Source of the DNA: a virus
Virus record (IMG/VR): IMGVR_UViG_3300028840_005911
Coordinates: 128,447 to 192,446 of that record
Strand: one strand, 5' to 3'
Length of the DNA: 64,000 nt
The position numbers were made by a program, and so were the translations under genes. Within the stretch, counting starts at the first letter, position 1, and the number at the start of each line of letters is the position of its first letter. A model generated the notes under the pieces. The model did not search any database. It saw only the letters and a program-made list of their open reading frames with translations, and was not told the origin of the DNA. Positions 27,625-38,300 of this stretch are shown here, one piece after another.

Positions 27625-28143
27625 ATGGACCAACGAGAAGTTACCATTCGGAAGCGGCTGGGATGGGTTGAGCATCTCAGAAACGATCTTCTTTTTCTCA
27701 TTGGTGAGGAGGACATACATCATACCTTCAAGATATATCCTACTGTCGACCCAATCAAGTTCATAATGCGCGCCCTCCTTACAGGAACCCTACCGAAAGA
27801 TAGCAGGCAACCACTCCGGGACTTCATCAGGGGCTGGGCAGAGAGATACGACTGTGAGATCCCAAGGATCAAGATTCACAAAGGCGTTGTGTCTGCAGAG
27901 GTCTACACCAAGCGCAGACACTGGACAGGAGATACAGATGAGAATGATAGCAGGCCTGGACGAGGTCGGGATGGGGAGCCTGGCCGGCCCTCTAGTGATA
28001 GTGGTGACAGCATTCAAGAGCGGGACGGAGATGCCGGAGGGGGTGATGGACTCGAAGAAGCTGACCAAAAAGAAAATGCGAAGTCTAGTAGAACCTATCA
28101 CCAGTATAGCGACGTTTGTGGGTGTAGGCTGGGCATCGAATGA
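27625..28143 (+). CDS. hypothetical protein
   Basis: Likely ATG at 27625; the 3' third overlaps RNase HII in another frame. Confidence 0.5.
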   Translation: MDQREVTIRKRLGWVEHLRNDLLFLIGEEDIHHTFKIYPTVDPIKFIMRALLTGTLPKDSRQPLRDFIRGWAERYDCEIPRIKIHKGVVSAEVYTKRRHWTGDTDENDSRPGRGRDGEPGRPSSDSGDSIQERDGDAGGGDGLEEADQKENAKSSRTYHQYSDVCGCRLGIE

Positions 28144-28648
28144 GCTCATAGACGAGATAGGTATCGCTGATTCCTGGCAGACCGCCAGCTCAATAGCCCT
28201 CGAGAATATACCCGAGCTCGATCTGCTTCTGATCGATGGGGTAAGAGAGGTGAAGAGCTACGAAGGCAACCAGGTAACGGTGAAGAAGGGTGACGACAAG
28301 CACTGGCAAATATCAGCGGCCAGCATCATAGCCAAGGTCATCCGCGACCAGGAGATGAGATACCTGCACGACTTTTACCCGAGCTATGGGTGGATCACCA
28401 ACTCTGGGTACGGGACGAAGGTTCATAAGGAGGGCCTGTTGGAGAGAGGACCGTGCCCCCTCCACAGGAGGACATTCCTCAAGAAGATACTACGCGGGAA
28501 GAACTCCTTTGGCGGCCTGCTCCCTGAGAAATCTCTCTCGGATGGCGGCAATGGGGGAGACCCCAGACTCCGTGGCCCGTGGCACTGGGCCCACCGAACC
28601 TCTGAATGCTTTCGGAGGCGTGGCTCCCGCAGCGATAGCCTTACGTAA
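27938..28648 (+). CDS. rnhB: ribonuclease HII
   Basis: AGLDEVGMGSLAGP, MDSKKL, LIDG, KGDDK..QISAASIIAKVIRD, GYGTKVH, HRRTF; AGGAGA RBS before ATG 27938. Confidence 0.92.
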   Translation: MRMIAGLDEVGMGSLAGPLVIVVTAFKSGTEMPEGVMDSKKLTKKKMRSLVEPITSIATFVGVGWASNELIDEIGIADSWQTASSIALENIPELDLLLIDGVREVKSYEGNQVTVKKGDDKHWQISAASIIAKVIRDQEMRYLHDFYPSYGWITNSGYGTKVHKEGLLERGPCPLHRRTFLKKILRGKNSFGGLLPEKSLSDGGNGGDPRLRGPWHWAHRTSECFRRRGSRSDSLT

Positions 28649-28942
28649 CCCGACAGGGGACGTAGCCAGTTGCTGCGGGCCCATCGTCCATGTCGCACCA
28701 CCAGGAACCGTCGGAGGGGGCATCTTCACCGACCTGGTAACCCCCTTAGCAGCTTGCCCAGCGAACGTCGGAGGACCGGTCACCTTCGTAGCCGCAGTCA
28801 TTTCCGGAGCAAGCTTCTTCCCCATACGGGTGAGGAACTTCCCGAGCCCAGTGCGGAGAGCTCTGATACCTGCTTCTTTCTCGATAGACTCGAGCTCATC
28901 AAAGAAGGCTGCCATCATGGCTTCTGTTGCGACCTTGTCCAT
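28490..28942 (-). CDS. basic Pro/Ala-rich protein with AAFFDELESIEKEA leader
   Basis: Start MDKVAT; shared leader motif. Confidence 0.6.
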   Translation of the reverse strand: MDKVATEAMMAAFFDELESIEKEAGIRALRTGLGKFLTRMGKKLAPEMTAATKVTGPPTFAGQAAKGVTRSVKMPPPTVPGGATWTMGPQQLATSPVGLRKAIAAGATPPKAFRGSVGPVPRATESGVSPIAAIRERFLREQAAKGVLPA

Positions 28943-28943
28943 A

Positions 28944-29327
28944 TTACACCTCGTAAAACAGGTACCATCGACCATCTTTTTGCCTGATGTCTACGATATC
29001 AGACGCGGCTGCGAAGATGGCCGCCAGGGTAAGGTTGAAGGTGGCATCGTCGTTACCTGAGCCTCCGGTGACCGACACCGGGTTGGTCGGGTCGGTGGTG
29101 TACGCCCCCTCGAATTCTACCGCGATACCATCGATGACTTTTCCGGTCTCGCTTGTGACCTTGAGGGTAGCAGCAACCTCAAACCCTCCACCGACTACGG
29201 TCAGGATGTCGTCCACTTCGTACCCGTTCCCGCCAGCCACTATGGCCGCGTTGGTAACCTCCTTGGCGGCGCCGGCGAAGGTAGTGAGGGCATCCGGAGA
29301 CTCGAATTGAAGTACTCTTACTGCCAT
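28944..29327 (-). CDS. small structural protein with inserted beta domain
   Basis: Ends resemble the 44-aa ORF at 14127; central GGNGY..DDILTV.GG...GGSG..ATF module. Confidence 0.65.
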   Translation of the reverse strand: MAVRVLQFESPDALTTFAGAAKEVTNAAIVAGGNGYEVDDILTVVGGGFEVAATLKVTSETGKVIDGIAVEFEGAYTTDPTNPVSVTGGSGNDDATFNLTLAAIFAAASDIVDIRQKDGRWYLFYEV

Positions 29328-30832
29328 GTCCTGATCCTTTCGAGTTCGTTGAAGAACGCTGCCTTCTCTATGTCACCTTTGTCCAGGTGCCATTCTTTGA
29401 ACCTGGGCTGGAACATGGCTCCCAGGCTACCGTCCTTCTTTTTGAATACCTTCCTAGCTTTCACTTTGGCTACTCTCCCTACGTAGGCATCTGGGTCCTC
29501 AAGCATGCGCCGCCCCTCCTCGTGTTTGAACCCACCTACCTGTCCTACTATAGGACCATCCACCGTCCATGAGTAGCTCACTGACCCGGCCCTGTCCAAG
29601 GTCTTCCCGTCCTTGCTGACCGCTGGGTTCACCTTCCGCGCCACGACGTCGAAGTCGGGCAGCACCTTAGCCTTCACGGGCTTACTGGTCTCACCTTTAC
29701 TGACAAGGACTACCCCTTCATCGGTGAGAGGATACTTCTTAGACTTGACGGCATTGAGTAAACCAATCTTCTCCAATGCGCCGATAACCATCCTCGGGAG
29801 AGGGAGCTCTTCTATCTCGTCCGTCACCTTCTCGAGGATCTTTATCTTCTCCTCGAAAGGTTCCTTGCTGACATCTTTCCCTTTGTACTTGAGGACATTG
29901 AATGGGATTGGGACCAGCTTGATACCTGACTTGGCCTGCTCTTCTCTGCTCCTCCACACCTTGGCATTGAGAAGGCCACCAAGCTGCTCTGCGGGTATGG
30001 CCTTGCCGTCTTTCAACCTGACCCCGATGGTCTCGGCAAGCAGGAGCGTGTTATCGAGCTCCTTCGGCACCTTCTGTTTCAGAAGCTCCGGCATCTTGTG
30101 GGTGTGCTCGATGAGTCCAGTCTTCGCCCTCTTAGCAACCCGGTACGAGAAGGCCCGGGGCGCCCTCCCAGCCTTCAGGTCCAAGACGGTGTGGGCCCCG
30201 TCGAACTTCGGCATCATCACCTGGGTGTCGTCGGTGGGGTCGACGGAGTCGATGTCGATCTCTTTGTAGGTCTCCTTACCCGAAGGGATGTCAGGCCTCT
30301 TGGACCGGGTCTGTGTCTTGTTGTGGAGGAACCACTTCCCCTTGCCATCGGTCCGTATCGAGTACTCCTCTGGCTGGTCGCCCTCGTACAGGTTGAACCT
30401 GAGCTTGGTCTCCTTGTCCTCCCCCGGCTTGGCGTGGTAGACCTCAGCCTTCTCCCGCCTCCCCTTTTTTACTACACCTTTTCCGTAGGTCGTTGTGATG
30501 GGACCCGTGTAGTCCATGTACGGGACCTCGTGGTCGAACGTGGGGATAACCCTCACGGACTCCCCAGGTCCGGGAAGATCAGACCGCTTCGGCATTACGA
30601 ACGAGTGGGCGATACCGGTCTCCGGGTTGCCAAATCTGATGTCGGTATGTAGCCCGGCCCTCTCAGCAAGGTGTGGGTGAGCAGAGAACTCCCATGTCTC
30701 CGGCTCGGTTACAGTCGGGAGCCCGCTACGGTGTCTTGCAGGAACCCCTGGCCCAAGATAGCCCTTCTCGTAGTGAGGCTTCTCACCTCGAGTGACAGCC
30801 TCGGCAGCCTTGGACAGGAGGTACAGATTCAC
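29318..30832 (-). CDS. LigD-type 3'-phosphoesterase fused to ATP-dependent DNA ligase
   Basis: PE motifs Hx7HTDIR and FDHEVPY; ligase motif I PKFDG, III LAETIG, IIIa FNVL, IV EGVVL, V KAK; OB domain ending QPRFKEWHLDK. Confidence 0.82.
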   Translation of the reverse strand: MNLYLLSKAAEAVTRGEKPHYEKGYLGPGVPARHRSGLPTVTEPETWEFSAHPHLAERAGLHTDIRFGNPETGIAHSFVMPKRSDLPGPGESVRVIPTFDHEVPYMDYTGPITTTYGKGVVKKGRREKAEVYHAKPGEDKETKLRFNLYEGDQPEEYSIRTDGKGKWFLHNKTQTRSKRPDIPSGKETYKEIDIDSVDPTDDTQVMMPKFDGAHTVLDLKAGRAPRAFSYRVAKRAKTGLIEHTHKMPELLKQKVPKELDNTLLLAETIGVRLKDGKAIPAEQLGGLLNAKVWRSREEQAKSGIKLVPIPFNVLKYKGKDVSKEPFEEKIKILEKVTDEIEELPLPRMVIGALEKIGLLNAVKSKKYPLTDEGVVLVSKGETSKPVKAKVLPDFDVVARKVNPAVSKDGKTLDRAGSVSYSWTVDGPIVGQVGGFKHEEGRRMLEDPDAYVGRVAKVKARKVFKKKDGSLGAMFQPRFKEWHLDKGDIEKAAFFNELERIRTWQ

Positions 30833-30840
30833 CGGTCATC

Positions 30841-31410
30841 CTATTTGAACTTGGCCACCCCGACGTCGAGCTCGGTGTAGATCTTGTTGATCATCTCGAA
30901 CAGGGTCTTGTCAGGGAGGGAGCCCGCCCCTTGAATCTGAACAGCGTAGGACCCGAGGTTGACAACGACCTCCTCATCGGAGCTGTCACGCCCGATGACG
31001 GTCCCCTTGTCCACGGCGTAGTCCCCGTGCCAGCTGCGGTCCATTGCCACCTTGATGATGGCTTCCATGTTGTCAGGGAACCTGAGGTCGGAAACCGTTT
31101 CGAACCTACCAGGGATGTACCTGAGCCTGGTACCTCCACAACGTGGGCAGGGCTGGACATGTCCGGGCGCAGCCTTGATCTCGGTGTTGCATTTCAAACA
31201 CCTTGGGATGTAGTGACCCTCGGTCCAGACATCATCCTTCCCGCCTCGGGGGAAGAGGTGGAGGATGACATCGCCCTCTTTGCGGAGCCACTCGCCAAAG
31301 ATGTTGGCGAAGTCCAAGACCTTGTTCAGCTCAACGAGCTTGTAGCTTGCCTGGGACATCGTCTGTCCGAGTTGTTCGTCCATTGCCGAAAGGCTATCCG
31401 ACATCTCCAT
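30841..31410 (-). CDS. hypothetical protein with Zn ribbon
   Basis: CLKC...CPRCGG; GGAGGG RBS before ATG 31410. Confidence 0.6.
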   Translation of the reverse strand: MEMSDSLSAMDEQLGQTMSQASYKLVELNKVLDFANIFGEWLRKEGDVILHLFPRGGKDDVWTEGHYIPRCLKCNTEIKAAPGHVQPCPRCGGTRLRYIPGRFETVSDLRFPDNMEAIIKVAMDRSWHGDYAVDKGTVIGRDSSDEEVVVNLGSYAVQIQGAGSLPDKTLFEMINKIYTELDVGVAKFK

Positions 31411-31420
31411 GGTACCCTCC

Positions 31421-32263
31421 TTACTTTCCTGATTCACTGTGTGATCCTTCTGACGCGATCTCCGCCAGGGCTTTGATCTTCTGCTCCTCTGGTACGAGCA
31501 GGAACTTGCTGAACCGCTTCAGCATCTCCTCGAAGCCCGCACCCTCTGCGAAGAGGGTATTGTAAATCCCGACGAGCTCCTTGGCGTACTTGGCGGTTAT
31601 CTCCGCTGTCTCTTTGGTGTCTGTCATCCACCTTGTGGCCTCGAGCCTAAAGTGGATGATCCGGTAAGCGTCCTTGAGCGCCTCCTTCCCTTCGACCTTC
31701 GGCTCGAACCCTGCCCTCCACATGGCCTGGTCCTGGCTGCACCGAATGGCGGCCAGGTACTGGTCCCGGTTCACGTTCCTGTGCAGGAGGTCGAACCACT
31801 CGGTGTCGCTCACCCGATTGTAGTTCCAGATGTAGTGCTTGTAGATCTGGATGATCTTCACCGAGAGATCAGACCCGGTGCCGAATGACTTCGATAGGCT
31901 GTCGACTATCTGGTCCTCGACCACGTCTCCCATCAGCAAGACTCGGAGTTTGAACTGGAGACGATGCTGGGCAAGCAGGTTCAACATCTTGCGCTCGTCC
32001 TCTCCAGGACGCCACAGGGTGTATATCTTGTTGGCCTGCATGAACTCCACAGTCTCTTGATGAGTCTTATCGTTGAACCTGAACGTTTTGGGAGGAGTGA
32101 AGTCATCCCTCAAGGCTTTCGCCTGGGAGTTCGTCGGTCCCGGAAGGTCCAGCTTGCGGAGGTCGTCGTCGAGCTCCTGGAGGAACTCCTTCCACTGGTC
32201 ATCCCCGAGAGGCCACCTCTTAGCTATGAGGTACTTTATGTAGTACTCCGATGGATGTGCCAC
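31421..32263 (-). CDS. hypothetical helical protein
   Basis: 280 aa, tightly packed in the operon. Confidence 0.65.
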   Translation of the reverse strand: MAHPSEYYIKYLIAKRWPLGDDQWKEFLQELDDDLRKLDLPGPTNSQAKALRDDFTPPKTFRFNDKTHQETVEFMQANKIYTLWRPGEDERKMLNLLAQHRLQFKLRVLLMGDVVEDQIVDSLSKSFGTGSDLSVKIIQIYKHYIWNYNRVSDTEWFDLLHRNVNRDQYLAAIRCSQDQAMWRAGFEPKVEGKEALKDAYRIIHFRLEATRWMTDTKETAEITAKYAKELVGIYNTLFAEGAGFEEMLKRFSKFLLVPEEQKIKALAEIASEGSHSESGK

Positions 32264-32266
32264 GAC

Positions 32267-34258
32267 CTACTCCGCAAAGGTCAGTTCCTTCTGCTGGAGA
32301 GCCTTGAGGCCCTTGATGACGTCCTCCATGGCTACCAGCATTCTCTCCGCCGCCACCTCTGGAACATCGCTCAGGCCTATCCTGATTGCGATGAGCAGCT
32401 CGGCAATCTTGGACGAGGTCTCCTCGAGACAGGGAAGCATGTCCACGAAGGTGGCCACGTTCTCTGCATTCAGGAACCCCAGACCGAGGATCTTGTCTGT
32501 CGTGAGGGCATCGTTCAGGAACGCCGCCTCCTTCACCAGAGAGAAGCTCTTGATGGGGTGGGGAAGATTATCCAGATGCTCGCGGACGTTCTTCCTTGCC
32601 GACGCGATCTTCTCACTGACTGTACCCAGAACCTTGACCCCGGGGACTGTCACCAGATCACCCGAGCTTGCCTTGTCCAGGGACTCCTTGACGAAGTTGG
32701 GGATCATCCCGAGGGCTGCCCCCAGGAACTCAGCCTTGTCCCTGTCGATGAACTTCGTGTGTTCCTCAGCGATCTTGACGACCGAAGGCCCACGGAAGGA
32801 GTAGACGTCGCCGTCACCGACGATCTCCACCGTGCCTGCCCAGTCCTTGTTGGCGGTCTTGGAGAACATCATCGGCTCGGCCACGAGTTCGACCTTCGCC
32901 TTCAGGGGCATCCAGCAGAAGGTGGCCGGCACGGCGTACTCCATCTCCCCGACCTTGGTCACGACCTTCAGTCCCTCCGAGAAGGAGATGGTGACCTGCT
33001 CACCGGTGCCGCACTGTCCGACGTAGGACACCTGCCCGGTGGGTCCGGAGAAGGTGCTCGTGATGGTCATGGGAACGAACGCCTTGGCTGTGCCGTGGTC
33101 GATGTAGTAGAGCGCACCGTATCCCTGAGGAACGCCCCGGGGGATGTCAGTGGACTTGCTGACGAACTTGCCGGCGATCATCTCCTGCAGAGCGAACTGG
33201 GACCCGTTGTTGAACAGGCTGAGGGGGAGAGGCTGCATGTCCATGGACAAGAGGGTAGGGAAGACCCACCCCGTGAGCACGTTGCCCGTAGTGTCTTGGA
33301 CATTCCACAGACCAAACTGGTCAGCGTTCTTGACCTCCTCGGCATCCAGGGTGTCCTTGGCTGCGGCCTCCGGGCTGGCAGTGATGCTGCCGTCGCTCTC
33401 CATGCGGGCCACGAGATCCTGGTCACCGATGAGCTCCTGAGCGGTGCCCGGGTCGACCTCCTGTTCCTGGGGTGAGAACATGTCCGTGTTGGCCCACTTG
33501 ACCATGCACTTCCCGTTGTCCAGCTTCCGGATCTGAACCACGTCCGGGGGAATGCTCTCCCAAACCGTGTTGGCGAACTTCTTCAGGTCGGAGACCTCGA
33601 GGTTGGAAGCTGAGGCGAAGGCGGCCTGCATGCCCTCGTCACCCTCAGATATCTTGGCCCTGATGCTGGGGTCACTGGCTTCCTTCAGGAACCTGTTCTT
33701 GTGCTCCTCCAGGACAGTGCCGCTGAGCATAGGAAGGATGGGTACGAAGCTCTGGACCGAAGCCGCCTTGATTCCTGTGGAGTACCCACCGTAGGTCTGG
33801 GGCGGCACGAGCTCGTGGATGAGTGATGTCTCCCTGGGCTTCTCCCTGACCCCATCGAACAGGGCAGGACGGAACAGAGACTCACGGAGCTTGTCCTCAG
33901 TGAGATGATGGTAGGTCCGGCCGGTCATGAAGACATCGAGGGGGGACAGCATCTGGTCCTTGACGATGATCGGGATGTGGGCCTTGGACATCTTGTAGAG
34001 GCCACGCTCCTTGGTATTCATCTCGGTCTTCGGAGTGACCTCGATGGAGCCGAAGGCGTACCCACGCTCCTCATCCACCCGGTCCAGGATGATATGGACA
34101 TCGAACCCGCTGAGGTACGGCAGCTGCTTGTAGGCCTCTTGGGTGATCTCCTGCGGCCACGTGTCGACGTTGTCCGATAGCTTGATCATCATACCGGCCA
34201 GCTTCTCCTTGCCGGGGATCTCTATCGTGGAGTCGAGAAACAGGGGTTGCATTTCCAT
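32267..34258 (-). CDS. large KxA-motif virion protein
   Basis: 663 aa; EKLAG, IKAAS, SKTAN, VKIAE, EKIAS, VKEAA, SKIAE. Confidence 0.65.
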   Translation of the reverse strand: MEMQPLFLDSTIEIPGKEKLAGMMIKLSDNVDTWPQEITQEAYKQLPYLSGFDVHIILDRVDEERGYAFGSIEVTPKTEMNTKERGLYKMSKAHIPIIVKDQMLSPLDVFMTGRTYHHLTEDKLRESLFRPALFDGVREKPRETSLIHELVPPQTYGGYSTGIKAASVQSFVPILPMLSGTVLEEHKNRFLKEASDPSIRAKISEGDEGMQAAFASASNLEVSDLKKFANTVWESIPPDVVQIRKLDNGKCMVKWANTDMFSPQEQEVDPGTAQELIGDQDLVARMESDGSITASPEAAAKDTLDAEEVKNADQFGLWNVQDTTGNVLTGWVFPTLLSMDMQPLPLSLFNNGSQFALQEMIAGKFVSKSTDIPRGVPQGYGALYYIDHGTAKAFVPMTITSTFSGPTGQVSYVGQCGTGEQVTISFSEGLKVVTKVGEMEYAVPATFCWMPLKAKVELVAEPMMFSKTANKDWAGTVEIVGDGDVYSFRGPSVVKIAEEHTKFIDRDKAEFLGAALGMIPNFVKESLDKASSGDLVTVPGVKVLGTVSEKIASARKNVREHLDNLPHPIKSFSLVKEAAFLNDALTTDKILGLGFLNAENVATFVDMLPCLEETSSKIAELLIAIRIGLSDVPEVAAERMLVAMEDVIKGLKALQQKELTFAE

Positions 34259-34266
34259 GGTTGCTC

Positions 34267-35391
34267 CTATTTGACTTTTACCTTCTGAGCCAGGAGACCA
34301 GATAGCTTGGCCCCCAAAGCTGAGATGGACGCATTCTGTGTGAGAGGGGCACCAAAAGAGGTAGCCTGGTTGATGCTAAGGTAACCTAAGAGCTCGGCAA
34401 GGAAGGTCACCATCTCAGTCCCCAGTATAGCAGGGTTGGTCGCATCCGGGCCGCCTATGTTGGTCATCGGCGCCGTAATGGTCTTCGTTCCGGTGACATT
34501 CTCTTTGCTGTCCCCACCGACTGTCTCTTCCAGGTTCGCCGCAGCGTCGAGAAGAATATCCGTTCCAGCCGTCACCTCTACGTTGCCCTGTTGGGCCTCG
34601 ACCAGGACGTCCGCCTCTTCGGACAAGACAGAGACGGTCTGCTTGGCGGCGATGCTGCAATTTCCCTCCATGTCCCAGGTGACGTTGCCCGTTTTGGTTA
34701 TCGTCAACCGAACTTGCTGTTGTCCATCGTCAAGACCTGAGTCATTTACCACCAAGTCTAGTGTAGTCTCACTGTCCTCCCCGTGGGAACCTACTGTAAG
34801 TGTTGCGATATGCTTGGGGTCGTTCGCAAGGTTCTTCGCGAGGAGACCAAACTGTGTCGGGGAGTCCCCTGTGGTGGTCTGGTCATCCCTCTGTGTTTCC
34901 CAGTACAGCTTACCCCCGAAGGTCTCGAGGTTGTAATTCTCGCAGAAATCCCTGATGAAGTTCCTGACCGGGATGTAGATCCTCTGGGCTATGCTGGTGG
35001 CACCGATCTGGATGGCTCCACCCCTACGAAGAACGATGAAGTTGTCATCCCTGGTCCGGAACATGATGTCTCCGGGGTTCAGGGACTGTCTGTTTCCTCG
35101 GTAGCTTGCATTGTCCTCGTCGTATGGGGACTGGAATCCCATGATGAACGGGGTGGAGAACTCCCCATCGCTGGGCTTACACAACCAGACCAGGGCACCA
35201 ACCTCCGGCTGGGCATACATTCCTTCGCCACCCATGTAGTGGAAGTAGGGAGAGGAGACCTGGATATCGAAGAACCTCTTCCCGGCATGTTCGGTGATCA
35301 GGTCCACGGACCAGTCTTCGATGTTCACGTTGACGATGCGGGCCGTCTCTATGACCGCCGGTACGAAACCTGTCTCAAGTAGTGATGCCAT
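34267..35391 (-). CDS. baseplate spike/hub-like protein (gp5/GpV-type OB fold and beta repeats)
   Basis: N-terminal OB-like segment (QPEVGALVWL...FIMGF), beta-helix-like repeats, C-terminal AILG...L.ELL motif. Confidence 0.6.
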   Translation of the reverse strand: MASLLETGFVPAVIETARIVNVNIEDWSVDLITEHAGKRFFDIQVSSPYFHYMGGEGMYAQPEVGALVWLCKPSDGEFSTPFIMGFQSPYDEDNASYRGNRQSLNPGDIMFRTRDDNFIVLRRGGAIQIGATSIAQRIYIPVRNFIRDFCENYNLETFGGKLYWETQRDDQTTTGDSPTQFGLLAKNLANDPKHIATLTVGSHGEDSETTLDLVVNDSGLDDGQQQVRLTITKTGNVTWDMEGNCSIAAKQTVSVLSEEADVLVEAQQGNVEVTAGTDILLDAAANLEETVGGDSKENVTGTKTITAPMTNIGGPDATNPAILGTEMVTFLAELLGYLSINQATSFGAPLTQNASISALGAKLSGLLAQKVKVK

Positions 35392-35398
35392 GCGCTAC

Positions 35399-38300
35399 TC
35401 AATAGAGCCAGGGCTCTTCTGGGGTCCCATCAGAAAACTCTTTTCCGTAGGCCATACCGGGGATCGGGTGGGTCCCATGAAGCATCGACTTCCACCCCTC
35501 TGCGGAGGCATCGAGCACGGTCTTCTTCAGGTTGGTCGCCTGCATCCTTGCCAACCAGTCCTGATGCATGTCCTGCGACAGGACTGCTGTGCCCCGTAGA
35601 ACAGGGTGGTACTTCACTGGCTTCTTGGCCCCCTCCACACTGTTGTACGACCTTATCTTGGAGGTTGGGGCCAGATCTCCACGGAGGTACTCCGGGTGGT
35701 CTCCGGGGTCTACCACCTGACTGAGGTTGGTTAAGGACCTAACGAAGGTCTCTATGTTCCTCCGCTTCACCGGGGACACGGCATCGTAGACGCCCTTCAC
35801 CTCGTCGGTGATGTACCTCTGGACTGTCCCTATGTTGGTGAGGGGCAGGAGCTCGAGGGGATTCTTGGGGCCTGTGGAGAGTGCGTCGCCCTTTTTCACC
35901 TCAGCGCCTCTTCGAACCGTAAGCTCTCGTCTCGAGGGAACGAAGTGTCTCTTGTCTTCTACGTACACATTGTGCCCGCCGGCCGGGTCTTTCTCTATCT
36001 TCCTCACCTTCCCGCTGCTCTGGGACAAGGTGGCCGCACCAGGGAGGGTCTTGGGGAACTCGAGTAGCTGTTCTATTCTCTTGAACTGGTTCCCTGCCGT
36101 CGTGCTCTTGGCCCCTACGATGGACCCCTCGTGGAAAGCGGACATGGAAAGTTGGGACATCGGCTCTCCCATAGCCTGGGAAGCTATGACTCCAAGGTTG
36201 GTACCCTTCGGGTATACTTGACCGTCAGGACCAAGACCATAACACTTCGAACACAATCCCTCACCGTGCGCGCACTTCAATGGCGTCCTTACTGGTATCT
36301 CACGAATCTTGTTGTTCTTCAACCTGTTGATGAGATCCATGTCAACGAGTGTCCCTGCGGGGATTACCCCCTTGTCCTTACCGACCTTCGATCCCAGGTT
36401 GACATCCTTGGCCGTGAACCTCCCAAGCGCATCTCTGTCGTTGATTGAAAGGGCGATGCCCTTCGCGGTCCCGCAGTCATCCGAGGTAACCATCTGGTTC
36501 ATGGTGATGTTCATCATCTTTTTGGACATGAACCCGGGGTCTTTGGTCTGTTTAGTCCTCCCGATGATGCCCATGCGAGCCCCATGCATTGAGGCCCAGT
36601 AAGACCCTACGTCCAGACCTTCGGAGAAGGACTTGTTGATTGGTGTGAGGACAGGCTCACCTTTGGAATCCACTACCAGGGTGGGACCGAAGACGATCTG
36701 CTTGAACTGGTTCCAGTTGCCCCGGGCCCCGGACCGGATCCAGTCGTACATTCTGTTCTGTGACCTGTCCAACTGCGCCTTGCCCCTGTCTGAGATATCC
36801 TTCGCCGCGTTGGCATATATCTTTGCCAGCTCCTTTTCGAGCCTGGCCTTGTTGGATATCCTCCTCTTCGCGGACTTGGCATCCTTGTCGGCTCTTCCGA
36901 GCCTGAGATCGCGGTACCGAGTGTCGGCAACGAAGTCGTCCAATCCAACCGAGAGACCTGTGGAGTAGAAGTTGCCAAGGTCTTTGTACCTGCCTGCTGT
37001 CCCTGAGAAACTTTTCAGGTCTTCAGACGCTACCCTGCTAAGGAGATCGTGGAGCGTCTTCTTGTCCAAAACGGTCTTCTTGTCCGTAAGCAGCTTCTCG
37101 TCACGGAGATCTTCGGGAAGGGCCTGGTATAGCATGAGCCTGGCCACCGTCGTCTCCTTAGCAGGTGCTCCCAGCTTCTCGAGCTCAGAGAGCTTTGAGA
37201 GCTCACGGATCTTTATGAGGTCAGTCTCTGCTATCTCACCTTTCTGAACAGCCCTGGCAGCATCTGCGGCCGTGTCGTACACCTTACCGGTTCTCTTCCC
37301 AGTCTCGGTCAACTTGTACAATCCAAGCATGGCCTCCTGCCGGGGCGTGTACATCAACAACCCGGTTGAGGGGCTGAACAGGTTGTTGGAGGGCATCATC
37401 TTCACGGTCTCGTCTACGGCTTGCTGGCTTACGGGAACGAAGGCCGACATGGTATCACCGTCGAAATCCCCGCCAAATCCTGAAGTAACTAAGGGGTTTA
37501 CCTTAATTGCTCTACCTTCGGTGAGTACAGGTCTGAATGCCTGGAGACCGTACTTATGCAGGACTGGGTCTCGCTTCATCATCACCGGGCGATCCTTGAC
37601 CACATTCTCCAACGCCCGGATGGCGATTGAGCTGTTGGTCCTAATCTTGTCCAAGGCTTCTCCGGGAGTGTAGCCCATCCTCACCAGGTTGGCGGATACG
37701 AAGGGCTTGTAGATCTCCATGGCCGCCTTTCTTGGCAGTCCTACTTCGTCTAGTGCGAGGGAGGGCTCAGGGACAATTGTCCCTCGAGCCGACATATCCT
37801 GCCGCCGGCCGATGATGTTCTTCTGGAAGAATGCCTCCTTCGGAGACTTTCCGCCGGACTCTCCCCCCAGGGTGGAGGCGATGCCGCTGAGCTGACGTCC
37901 ATACTGGGTCTTGCCTGTGAGAGCAAGGGCCCTCATACCATCGTACAAAGAGGACACCAGCTTGTGGCGCTCTTCTTCCGGAAGACCTTTTGGGAAGTCA
38001 CGCAGTTGATCGTTGACCTTTCCGATACCCTTGTATAGCCCATTGAGATCGTCGTAGTTGATATTCCCGTTGTCCATGATCGACACGGGTCGCATAGCCG
38101 GAGGCAGCACAGGTATCATGGAAGATGTGTAAGCCTCAACGGGGTTGAGCTCAGCCTTCTTCAGAGCCCGGAGGTATTTGATCTTCTTGTTTGCCTCGTC
38201 TAGCTTGGCACCTCTGAGATCCTTTACCTTCCCCTCCAGGGTTTTGAGATCCTTATCGACATCCACCTTCTTCAGCAGGTCGACTATTACGGGCGCTCCG

